A stretch of DNA of 18,401 nt from the NCBI GenBank assembly GCA_043812195.1, contig JBDRML010000003.1:1-18401 (forward strand), given 5' to 3'. Positions 8,559 through 16,944 of this stretch are shown one piece after another (position 1 is the first letter of the stretch; each line of letters begins with the position of its first letter). The DNA comes from Candidatus Woesearchaeota archaeon (GTDB lineage Archaea; Nanobdellota; Nanobdellia; SCGC-AAA011-G17; PNOQ01). Below the pieces are notes generated by a model, which was not told the DNA's origin, ran no database searches, and saw only the letters and a program-made list of their open reading frames with translations. The translations under genes and the position numbers were made by a program.

Positions 8559-9941
8559 TTAAATGTTTTCATAAGACTTACATTCACTTATGTCCCAATA
8601 ACATCCATTTTTAAACTGGCAATAATTATTATCACATTTTTCTTCATCGCTATATTCACCTTCACAATTTGAATAATAACATTTTACACAATTAGTAAAA
8701 TTAGCACTAAGATATTGGGGTCTACAATTAGAAACTGTCATACATTCAAATTCATCTAAAATATAACCACATGCATCTTCCTGATCTTCATCCAAATTCC
8801 TAATTTTTACATTTGCACTTTTAGTAATTGTATAATCATACTTAACTTCTAATCTAAATACTGTATAAAATAAATCAGAGAAATCAGAAGGAAAAGATTC
8901 TGCAACTCTAAACTGACAAACCAAAGAATTACCTTCATACTTACCAAGCTCCCTCAATTTTATTTTCTTAGCATAATCTGTTAAACCATATACATTTACA
9001 TCACCTAATTCTTCAATCAAAACAAAATCACAAGCATTAGGATCATTATCTAATTCAATCAAATCAGATAAATAAAATCTAAAATTATTTATTTCTTTTA
9101 AATCTCCATTAAATTGATCATTTTTAAAATTAACAATTAATGGAATATATTCTATTCCTTCTGTGAATGGTTGTCTCTTAGTAACTCCAATACCAATATT
9201 TATCGGCCCTGGAGTCATTTCAGATTTAACTTCTTTAGTAATAGGATTAAGATTTTCATAAATTACACCATACTTCTCAAAAGGTTCTATTTCGAGTAAT
9301 CTTAATGAATTGTAAGATTCATCTCTCATAAAATAAGCCCTATAATTAACTAATTGTGTATATGTTGAGGTAGCATTAATAGTGGCTTTCTTTGTATCAA
9401 GTTTTCCCTTATAAACATTTATACCTTTCGGAAATTTACATAATACAGAATCAACATAAACAGACCCATCTCCATAATAAACAAGTTTATCAGGCTCAAC
9501 AACACCATCATCACCCCGATAATCCTCTAAACTACAGTTCAAATAAACCTCTTCAGAAATTTGACTACCAGATATTCCAGCCATCTCTATCCTAGCAAAC
9601 AATTGAATCGGCCTACCTTCATCATAATCAGGAGAAATAGTCTCAAACTCATCAATTTTAATACCTAAATTACTATTTTCAACATTCTCATCCACAACAG
9701 AATCAAAATCTCTATTAGCAGCACCCGGGTTAGTTATATATTCCCAAAAATCAAATAATCCAGATTTCCCTTCTGAAACACCTGGCTGAACATTTTGCCA
9801 TGTTTCTTTAACAACAAACTCTCCCTGTCCAGAAACAATTAGATTATAAACTATAACACCAACTACAAAAAGTGCACCGAGAACAACTATAGAAAGAAAA
9901 ACAAAAGCTATAGGATTTCTCTTCTCTCCATCTTCACTCAT
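8559..9941 (-). CDS. Membrane-anchored surface protein with Cys-rich C-terminus (distant paralogue 3)
   Basis: N-terminal TM (IAFVFLSIVVLGALFVVGVIVYNLIV), acidic beta-rich body, 10 Cys in the last ~70 aa; RBS GAGGT. Confidence 0.85.
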   Translation of the reverse strand: MSEDGEKRNPIAFVFLSIVVLGALFVVGVIVYNLIVSGQGEFVVKETWQNVQPGVSEGKSGLFDFWEYITNPGAANRDFDSVVDENVENSNLGIKIDEFETISPDYDEGRPIQLFARIEMAGISGSQISEEVYLNCSLEDYRGDDGVVEPDKLVYYGDGSVYVDSVLCKFPKGINVYKGKLDTKKATINATSTYTQLVNYRAYFMRDESYNSLRLLEIEPFEKYGVIYENLNPITKEVKSEMTPGPINIGIGVTKRQPFTEGIEYIPLIVNFKNDQFNGDLKEINNFRFYLSDLIELDNDPNACDFVLIEELGDVNVYGLTDYAKKIKLRELGKYEGNSLVCQFRVAESFPSDFSDLFYTVFRLEVKYDYTITKSANVKIRNLDEDQEDACGYILDEFECMTVSNCRPQYLSANFTNCVKCYYSNCEGEYSDEEKCDNNYCQFKNGCYWDISECKSYENI

Positions 9942-9955
9942 TTATACCTCTTTTT

Positions 9956-11119
9956 TTATTCATACCAAATTAATAATCTCTCAATCTCAAAACTATTCTT
10001 AGGAATTATTTCAATATTATTCTCACCTTTGTTTACATAATCCAAAATATTAACTTCAAATTCATCAGCATCTGTATCCAGATTTATACTATTATCATTT
10101 ATCTCAATACTAGCCCTTCTATCTCCAGTACCATCAAATTCTAATTTTAAATAAATACTTCCAGCATCATTTAATTCATCTTTGTTAATGTCAAATGTAT
10201 AGGCTGGATTTATATTTCCAATAAATTCATTCACAACATTAATTTGGCCTAAGATATATTTTCCAGAATCAATTATAAATATTAATTGGTTAGGACCTTT
10301 TTCAAGATAATCTCTATTCAATGCCACTAACTTCTCTTTACCTTCGCATTCTAATAATTCATTCAGAACAGATTCATCATTTAAATAGATCTTAAATGAA
10401 CTAAACCCTTCAACACCTTCTTCACAATAAATAAAAAATTCTAAGCTAGAACCTAATAAATTATCTTTTTCAATCTTGCTCAATGTAAAATATCTCGCAG
10501 CCTTAGAATTAACTTTATTAAATTCCAATTTAAAAACCACATCAGTTATATCATAAAAATTCTTACTCCAAAAAGCTAATGAAGGAGCATCAGTATACAT
10601 TTTCAAATGATTTTTCTCTTCCAAATAAGCTAAAGGCAATTTAACTATTTCTAATTTTGGAGAATCTATCTTGCTAGAAAAAATCTCATGTCCATTCAAT
10701 TCAATTATTAATTTTCCTCTAGAATCTAAAACATCCAACAATAAACTAGCACTTTCAATATTATCCAAATCTTCAACATCAAAACTTAAAGATTTATCAC
10801 TTCCCCCAAACCAACTAGCACTAACATCAACAGAAGTAGCCAATCTCTTTGTATATGGATTAGGATCAAAAAACAAATTAATATCATCTAAATCTTTTCT
10901 ACTCTCATTTAGTCCAAAAGAACTTACTTGTCCAGGCTCAACATCTAATAACTCTTCACCTTCATTATCAAAATCATCAATATCGCAATTATCATCACAA
11001 TCTCCACCTAATAACTCACACCTATCACATGGGGGCATTATTAAAACATACAGAAGTATAAAGATTATAACCAAAAATACAAAACCTGCTATACTACCCT
11101 GACCATTTTTATTTATCAT
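9956..11119 (-). CDS. Class III (type IV prepilin-like) signal peptide protein with three internal beta-repeats
   Basis: MINKNG|QGSIAGFVFLVIIFILLYVLIMPP. TTTTAAAT TATA box about 24 nt upstream of ATG 11119 favours this start over TTG 11140. Confidence 0.8.
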   Translation of the reverse strand: MINKNGQGSIAGFVFLVIIFILLYVLIMPPCDRCELLGGDCDDNCDIDDFDNEGEELLDVEPGQVSSFGLNESRKDLDDINLFFDPNPYTKRLATSVDVSASWFGGSDKSLSFDVEDLDNIESASLLLDVLDSRGKLIIELNGHEIFSSKIDSPKLEIVKLPLAYLEEKNHLKMYTDAPSLAFWSKNFYDITDVVFKLEFNKVNSKAARYFTLSKIEKDNLLGSSLEFFIYCEEGVEGFSSFKIYLNDESVLNELLECEGKEKLVALNRDYLEKGPNQLIFIIDSGKYILGQINVVNEFIGNINPAYTFDINKDELNDAGSIYLKLEFDGTGDRRASIEINDNSINLDTDADEFEVNILDYVNKGENNIEIIPKNSFEIERLLIWYE

Positions 11120-11201
11120 ATACTCTAATTTACCCTTCAATAATTTAAAAGTCTTTCTATAAATAAGAATATTTATATATCAATCACATAAACCAAAATA
11201 A
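11120..11201. promoter_or_regulatory. Divergent promoter region of surface cluster and prepilin peptidase
   Basis: Minus-strand TATA at about 11150-11143; plus-strand TTTATATA at 11172-11179, 22 nt before ATG 11202. Confidence 0.55.
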
Positions 11202-12074
11202 ATGGAAATATTCCTTTTAATCATAGCATTTGTTTGGCTTATAATAGCCACAGTAACAGATATTAAAACAAAAGAAATTCCAAACTGGATAAACTATAGT
11301 TTAATAATAGTTGCATTAGTGACTTATTCCTTAATATCTATTAAATCAAATTCAATAACACCAATATTATTTAGTATAATAACAGGAGCAGCCTTTTTCA
11401 TATTGGGCTCTCTAATGTACTATGCAAAACAATGGGGTGGTGGAGACGCCAAACTATTAGCAGCAATAGGTACAACATTCCCAATTTATCCAACAATATT
11501 AGAAAACATATTCACACCAAAATTCCAAGCCCCTTATTTCCCAATAACAATCTTAATCAATATAATAATAGTCGGAGCTCTTTATGGAATTACAATATTA
11601 ATAATAAAAATACTTCAAAATAGAAAAAAGTTTTCAGAAGAATTCAAAAAAGTAAATTCAAAATTTAAAAGATTAAGAAATATAGCTTTACCTGTATCTA
11701 TTCTATTAATAGTTTTAGGTTATTTTTTATCATCAACATACCAATTAAAAGTATTAACTATCTCTTCAGGAATCTTAATACTAATTTTATTCTATCTATA
11801 TTTAACAATAAAAGCAGCAGAAAAAACTTCAATGTTTAAAAAAATACCAGTTGAAAAATTAAGAGAAGGAGATTGGATATCAAAAGAAATCAAAATAGAC
11901 GATAAAATAATCTACAAACCTAAAGCAGCAGGAGTTTCAAAAGAAGAAATAGAAGAAATCAAAAAACACTTTAAAGAAATCGAAATAAAAGATGGAATAG
12001 TATTTATGCCTACTTTCTTAATTGCAATTATAACTAGTTTAATTCTAGGAAATCCTATCCTATGGCTCTTCTAA
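11202..12074 (+). CDS. A24-family prepilin/prearchaellin peptidase (FlaK/PibD/EppA-like)
   Basis: Polytopic membrane protein with both catalytic Asp motifs (TDIKTKEIPNW; WGGGDAKLL) and archaeal C-terminal LREGDW...GIVFMPTFLIA. Confidence 0.93.
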   Translation: MEIFLLIIAFVWLIIATVTDIKTKEIPNWINYSLIIVALVTYSLISIKSNSITPILFSIITGAAFFILGSLMYYAKQWGGGDAKLLAAIGTTFPIYPTILENIFTPKFQAPYFPITILINIIIVGALYGITILIIKILQNRKKFSEEFKKVNSKFKRLRNIALPVSILLIVLGYFLSSTYQLKVLTISSGILILILFYLYLTIKAAEKTSMFKKIPVEKLREGDWISKEIKIDDKIIYKPKAAGVSKEEIEEIKKHFKEIEIKDGIVFMPTFLIAIITSLILGNPILWLF

Positions 12075-12330
12075 TATCGATCATATTAACAGAATTCACA
12101 CCTTCAATTTCTTTAATTTTTTCAATTAAATCATCTGAAGATTCAGATTCACCAATAACAAAATTCACGATTAAAGCATTCAAACCAAATGCAACTGGTT
12201 CTTTTTGAAATTTAAATGCAACATTACCAAACAAACTATGAACTTTTTCCTTAATTTTATCTGCTAATTTATCTAAATTTATATCTATAGATTCTGGCAT
12301 AATCTTTAAAGTCACAACCACATTAGACAT
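12055..12330 (-). CDS. ef1b: Translation elongation factor 1-beta
   Basis: MSNVVVTLKIMPESIDINL...EPVAFGLNALIV...IEGVNSV; start at ATG 12330, just after the Zn-ribbon stop. Confidence 0.95.
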   Translation of the reverse strand: MSNVVVTLKIMPESIDINLDKLADKIKEKVHSLFGNVAFKFQKEPVAFGLNALIVNFVIGESESSDDLIEKIKEIEGVNSVNMIDIRRAIG

Positions 12331-12331
12331 T

Positions 12332-12505
12332 TTAATTAGGACCTTCAAAGCCACAATCGCAAATATATTTTATAGCCTTAACTCTGCATTCTCTACATCT
12401 GACTATATCTTCCTTTAAACAATTAGGACATTTGAATATAACTACATCAGATAAATCCCATATCTTTTTCTTACATGAAATACAGTATGTTTCTTTCTTA
12501 TCCAT
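12332..12505 (-). CDS. Zn-ribbon protein, DUF1610/HVO_2753-like (not in ORF track)
   Basis: MDKKETYCISCKKKIWDLSDVVIFKCPNCLKEDIVRCRECRVKAIKYICDCGFEGPN*; terminal CGFEGP motif and the usual position upstream of ef1b. Confidence 0.93.
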   Translation of the reverse strand: MDKKETYCISCKKKIWDLSDVVIFKCPNCLKEDIVRCRECRVKAIKYICDCGFEGPN

Positions 12506-12529
12506 TCTACAAAAAGTGAATCCGAGGCA

Positions 12530-12537
12530 TTTATAAA
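12530..12537. promoter_or_regulatory. Palindromic TATA box TTTATAAA, probably bidirectional
   Basis: Equidistant (24 intervening nt each side) from the tRNA start at 12562 and the minus-strand ATG at 12505. Confidence 0.6.
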
Positions 12538-12561
12538 GCTTTTGTAAAAATAAAGATAAGT

Positions 12562-12635
12562 GGGCGTGTAGTCTAGCATGGATAAGACGCAGCCTTGCGG
12601 AGGCTGAGACCAGGGTTCAAATCCCTGCATGCTCA
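12562..12635 (+). tRNA. tRNA-Arg(GCG), intronless, no encoded CCA
   Basis: Acceptor GGGCGTG/CATGCTC; D stem GTCT/AGAC with A20; anticodon arm CAGCC-TT GCG GA-GGCTG; T arm CAGGG-TTCAAAT-CCCTG; discriminator A. Confidence 0.95.
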
Positions 12636-12656
12636 TATAATCTTATTAAATTCTTA

Positions 12657-12680
12657 TAAAAATAAAAAAAATAAAAAAAA
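12657..12680 (-). terminator. Oligo-T terminator of the CxxC-x17-CxxC gene
   Basis: Consecutive long T tracts on the minus strand, about 30 nt after the stop at 12712. Confidence 0.5.
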
Positions 12681-12711
12681 TTATGTTTGAAAAGTATCAA
12701 GAAATATAAAA

Positions 12712-12873
12712 TTAGAACTTCTTGTGCTTTCTAAAACAGTCTTTACAATACACAGGTCTATCTTCTGATGGCTTAAATGGTACTTCACATTCATTTCCGC
12801 AATCAGCACAAATTGCCTTGTGCATATCCTTTGGGCCTTGGTCTCCTCTGAAACCGCCCCTTCTATTATCCAT
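12712..12873 (-). CDS. CxxC-x17-CxxC domain zinc-finger protein (not in ORF track)
   Basis: MDNRRGGFRGDQGPKDMHKAICADCGNECEVPFKPSEDRPVYCKDCFRKHKKF*; signature VPFKP...RPVYC; GGAG RBS. Confidence 0.93.
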   Translation of the reverse strand: MDNRRGGFRGDQGPKDMHKAICADCGNECEVPFKPSEDRPVYCKDCFRKHKKF

Positions 12874-12978
12874 TGTTTTTTACGCTCCGTATTTAAAACA
12901 CAGATTTACTATCTATGCTTAAACTTTATATTAATACACCCTTTATAAACCTTGTCAATTAGTTTAAAAAATAAAAAA

Positions 12979-15900
12979 TTAAACATCCTTTATACCTTCT
13001 CCAGTTACTATAAAAATAGATTCACCTTCAGGTAATGCTGGTGCATCTACAAGTTTAGCAACTCTGCTACCCTTTTTTCCTCTTCTTAAATAAACTCTGT
13101 AAGTTGAATTATGTACAACAAAACCATTAGCCACATAATTCTTCAAGAAAGGCACACTCAGGTCATATAAATCTTCGCTATTCTCTTGAATATCTATTCT
13201 TCTTATTTTTTCCCACCTAACCTGTCCGAACAAAAAATTCTGCAATGTCTCTACCTTTTTAATTGACCCCTTAGGAATATCCACTTTTACCAATTCCCAG
13301 AATATTTTTTCAAGATTATTTCTATTGATAAATTTATAACTACTTGGTCTTGACTTCATCAATTTTGAAGGTGAAATTCCACATTCTTTCAAAAGCTCCA
13401 AAATTTTCCCCCTAGGAATTGGAACAATCTCTTGGTCACAAGCATTCTCACAATGTTTCATCCATTTATCCATTAAAAGTCTTTTATCAGAAGCTGTAAG
13501 ACCTATCTTGTTTGCAAAATCATAAGAATCTCTTCCATCCATCTGTAAAATCTCTGTTACCTTTCCTTTCTTTGTTTTACAAATATTTCTTCTTGATCGA
13601 ATCCCAAATCTTAAAAGAAACATTTGAATATAGTCTAAAACAAGTCCTTCTTTTTGAGATAAACTAATTCTAGGTCTCTTTTTGCTAACATAGCCCTCTG
13701 CATCAGCAAATCCTTTTATAAATGCTTTAACAACATTTTTAGGAGATTTTGATATCAATAAAAACAGACTATCCATAAGTTTGCCAAAAAGATCCAATAA
13801 AACAGTACTATTAATACAGAGTTCATAGCAATTCTTATTCTTGACTTTAGTTATTTTTCCTTCGATACCAAATGTCTTCTTAAACAAGTTAGAATAGTAT
13901 TCAACAACTTCTCTTCTCTCATCTTTATATTTCAAAGAAGATTTACCAAAACATCCATCCCCATAATGATATCCTAAAATCTGGGCAATTTCTTTATTCA
14001 GCGTTTGAGGAATAGTCAACAATCTGTATTTATTAGTAAAAACAGGTTCAACATAATTTATCACATCATTAGCAATTCCCACTTCAACAAGCTGATCAAC
14101 AATCAAAGAATTTGTAGGATATCCTTGATTCAAAAATCTTCTGAAATGTCTTCTATTTATAGGAATGTTTTCACAAAGTTCTTCTCTTGTTAGCCCCTTC
14201 CTTATTAGTTCCTCTTCAATAAATTCTTTTCCACCATCACTTAGTTTAATCAATTTTTTACTTTCAACTTCTGGAAGGCTTTGTAATTCTCCTCCAACAT
14301 TTAAAGAATCTGAATGCATAACATAATCTTCTTCTTTAAGATCTTTAGCTCTAACTTCTTCTATATCAAAACCATTCAATCTAAAGAACTTATGTTTTCC
14401 AGAAACTTTTATTCTATTACCTGTATCTATATTATAAATTTTCTTAATACCACTCCTTTTAGAACCATAATTGCAAAATAAGCTATTAGTTTTTAAATTA
14501 TTAAAATTAACAGCAGGTATTAAACTTGGCCCTTTTATTCTACTAATTGGCAAAATACTTCCATCTGCTAATTGAATTAAAGTATCTGGCGTAACACATG
14601 CATGATGCAATACATGACCTCCAACAGCCTCAGTAGGATCTCCAAAGAAAGTATCTGGCTTAGACATAACTTGATTTGTTATATAAATAGCAACACCATA
14701 CTTATGTGCCAATTTCAACAAAGCATGTAGATGTTTATTCAATTTCTGTTGTCTATCAGCAAGTTGTCCACGTCCTGAAAAATCACTTCTAAAATGCCCC
14801 ATCATAGAATCAACAATCACTAATTTAACAGGAATTCCTTCATTAATCAAATCTTCAACTTTCTCAGCCAAAACCATCTGATGATCACTATTAAATGCTC
14901 TGACACCTCTAAAATTCTCTAACACTTTCTTAGGATCTAATCCTAGACCTTTAGCAATATTTTCCATATATTCTGGCCTTAAAGTCCCTTCAGTATCAAT
15001 CCAAACAGCAACGCCTCCAGCACCACCTTTCTCTTTAGGCAACTGAACATTAACAGCTAATTGATGAGCTATACTAGTATTGTGTAAAATTGTAGGCAAA
15101 TTCCCTCCAATAAAAAGATGCCCTTCCGGAACAACTAAATCATATACATAATCATTGTAGTCAATCAGCTTTATTTCCTTAATAGTGTCCCAAGACAAGT
15201 AAAGAGCATTGCTTATGTTATCCAAAGCTTGTTCTAATAAATTTCTCCTGAATGTAAGCTGCTCAATCAAATACCCTTTTATCTTCCTAATTTTTACAGC
15301 ATCTTTAGGCAACCCTCTATGCATATAATTTGTAACCGTAGATCTCTTAATCTCTAGAATTTTGTGTATAGAGTTAAAAGAAAATGGAAGTATCTGATGT
15401 AACCTCTTAAAACCATCTTTATCCAAACTCTCTAAATCTAAAGTCAAATCTATAGATTTATTTAAATTACTAAGTCCCTCTTCAAACTTTTCTTTAATAC
15501 TAACTGCAGTCCTATCACTTATATTTAGAGTCTCTGTTCTTCCTGTCAAAATGTCGTAAATATATCTTTCGTTTGTTTTTTTCCCGATCACTTTTCTTGC
15601 ATTGCCTCTATTTCCACCCAAACAAAGTTTGTAAACTTCAGCTATGTAATTAATAACATTAGAAGGATATCCATACTTGCTGTTTCTTACTTTGTAAAAG
15701 CTTTTCTTTAGCTTAAATGGAAATTCGTTAAACAATTCTCTATCATTTCCACTTACAAAGAGTCTGTAATAAGTCTCTCCGTCAACAAGTTTCTCAGAGT
15801 ATGAACAAGAGATACCAAGTCTAAGTAAAAGATAGCTCAAACTATGAGAAAGTTTTCTGCTTTTTGTAGAAATCTCAATCAAGCCATTACTTGGTAAATA

Positions 15901-16944
15901 GCCGTCTCCATCTAAATACCCTGCCAAAAAAGACTTTATAATTTCATCATCTCCTGATAAAATAGATTCAGGAACGAATTTTGCCCCAGCATTGGACCCC
16001 ATTAAATTTCCTAGCAAAGGATTCATAACATCTCTAATTCCAATATTATAACATATATTCTCTCTTCGTTTATCTTCATAGATAGATGGAACAAAACCAA
16101 AATTTTTTTGTATGTAGTTCTTTATCCATTGAACTAAATTAATATCTGTATTGCTTATAGAACGTTTACCTCCTTCAGCAACAAAAAGTCCCAAAAAATA
16201 AGCATCATCTAAGTTCATAGTTCTCTCCCCTTCATAAATCAAAATTTTGGGATAAGCTATGGGATCTCCTTCTTTAAGTGCACCTGCTGGGATCCATTTT
16301 AACCCTTTATCAAAAGATAATAATTTATGCGGTCCTGTAATCTTCAGTTTTCTGCCTCTTTCAGTCTTAATTTCATACAAGCTATCTACAAATTCACGGT
16401 ATATCTGAACTGCTTTTGTCTTTTTGATGTGCCTATCTTCCAATCCTAGAACCTCTATTTCAGGTGTATCAATCACAAAACCATCTTCAACTTCTCTTTC
16501 TCCATGGATATCTCTATACTTTTTATAAACATCAGCCAAACTCTGAATGTGTGGCTTGTGGCTGTTAAAATATAATACAGGAGTTTCAGAATCACAACAT
16601 TTACCTGAACCAAAAGCACCATAAAATTCACTAATAGCACCAGTTTCTATTCCACCACCCATCATAGCATCTAACAATTTACTACCTGTAGAAATCTTAA
16701 TAACTTGCTGCCTTTTTTTCAATATATCCAAACCAGTCTCAAATCCCAAATTCATCTCTTTTCTTGCAGTCTGTATAATTTTTCTAGCTGTAGCATCTCC
16801 AACACCTGCAGCTTCGCCCAAAGTAGAAACACTTGCAACAGCAATACTAATTAAATTATTAAATCCAGCATCAGCTAATTTCTCAGCAGTAGCAGGTCCG
16901 ACACCAGGCAAATCTTTAATTTCTAATTCTTTCTTTTCACTCAT
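12979..16944 (-). CDS. radA: DNA repair and recombination protein RadA containing two inteins
   Basis: HhH N-domain (DLPGVGPATAEKL), GFETG, Walker A GAFGSGK|T, IDTEGT.RPE, Walker B LVIVDS, RGQLADRQQKL, GGHVLHHA|STYRVYLRRGK. Exteins total about 317 aa. Start is ATG 16944 (or 16947/16950) after GGAGG. Confidence 0.97.
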   Translation of the reverse strand: MSEKKELEIKDLPGVGPATAEKLADAGFNNLISIAVASVSTLGEAAGVGDATARKIIQTARKEMNLGFETGLDILKKRQQVIKISTGSKLLDAMMGGGIETGAISEFYGAFGSGKCCDSETPVLYFNSHKPHIQSLADVYKKYRDIHGEREVEDGFVIDTPEIEVLGLEDRHIKKTKAVQIYREFVDSLYEIKTERGRKLKITGPHKLLSFDKGLKWIPAGALKEGDPIAYPKILIYEGERTMNLDDAYFLGLFVAEGGKRSISNTDINLVQWIKNYIQKNFGFVPSIYEDKRRENICYNIGIRDVMNPLLGNLMGSNAGAKFVPESILSGDDEIIKSFLAGYLDGDGYLPSNGLIEISTKSRKLSHSLSYLLLRLGISCSYSEKLVDGETYYRLFVSGNDRELFNEFPFKLKKSFYKVRNSKYGYPSNVINYIAEVYKLCLGGNRGNARKVIGKKTNERYIYDILTGRTETLNISDRTAVSIKEKFEEGLSNLNKSIDLTLDLESLDKDGFKRLHQILPFSFNSIHKILEIKRSTVTNYMHRGLPKDAVKIRKIKGYLIEQLTFRRNLLEQALDNISNALYLSWDTIKEIKLIDYNDYVYDLVVPEGHLFIGGNLPTILHNTSIAHQLAVNVQLPKEKGGAGGVAVWIDTEGTLRPEYMENIAKGLGLDPKKVLENFRGVRAFNSDHQMVLAEKVEDLINEGIPVKLVIVDSMMGHFRSDFSGRGQLADRQQKLNKHLHALLKLAHKYGVAIYITNQVMSKPDTFFGDPTEAVGGHVLHHACVTPDTLIQLADGSILPISRIKGPSLIPAVNFNNLKTNSLFCNYGSKRSGIKKIYNIDTGNRIKVSGKHKFFRLNGFDIEEVRAKDLKEEDYVMHSDSLNVGGELQSLPEVESKKLIKLSDGGKEFIEEELIRKGLTREELCENIPINRRHFRRFLNQGYPTNSLIVDQLVEVGIANDVINYVEPVFTNKYRLLTIPQTLNKEIAQILGYHYGDGCFGKSSLKYKDERREVVEYYSNLFKKTFGIEGKITKVKNKNCYELCINSTVLLDLFGKLMDSLFLLISKSPKNVVKAFIKGFADAEGYVSKKRPRISLSQKEGLVLDYIQMFLLRFGIRSRRNICKTKKGKVTEILQMDGRDSYDFANKIGLTASDKRLLMDKWMKHCENACDQEIVPIPRGKILELLKECGISPSKLMKSRPSSYKFINRNNLEKIFWELVKVDIPKGSIKKVETLQNFLFGQVRWEKIRRIDIQENSEDLYDLSVPFLKNYVANGFVVHNSTYRVYLRRGKKGSRVAKLVDAPALPEGESIFIVTGEGIKDV
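13108..14598 (-). mobile_element. Intein 2 in RadA (497 aa) with LAGLIDADG homing endonuclease
   Basis: Begins CVTPDTLIQLADG, block B VSGKHKFF, LAGLIDADG motifs QILGYHYGDG and AFIKGFADAEG, ends YDLSVP..NYVANGFVVHN followed by Ser+1. Confidence 0.95.
15079..16599 (-). mobile_element. Intein 1 in RadA Walker A (507 aa) with LAGLIDADG homing endonuclease
   Basis: Begins CCDSETPV after GSGK, block B ITGPHKLL, motifs YFLGLFVAEG and SFLAGYLDGDG, ends YVYDLVVPEGHLFIGGNLPTILHN followed by Thr+1. Confidence 0.95.

Noticed and set aside
12442-12636. 64-aa minus-strand ORF
   Set aside because: Antisense shadow of tRNA-Arg, overlapping the Zn-ribbon gene out of frame.
12722-12922. 66-aa plus-strand ORF
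   Set aside because: Antisense shadow of the CxxC-x17-CxxC gene.
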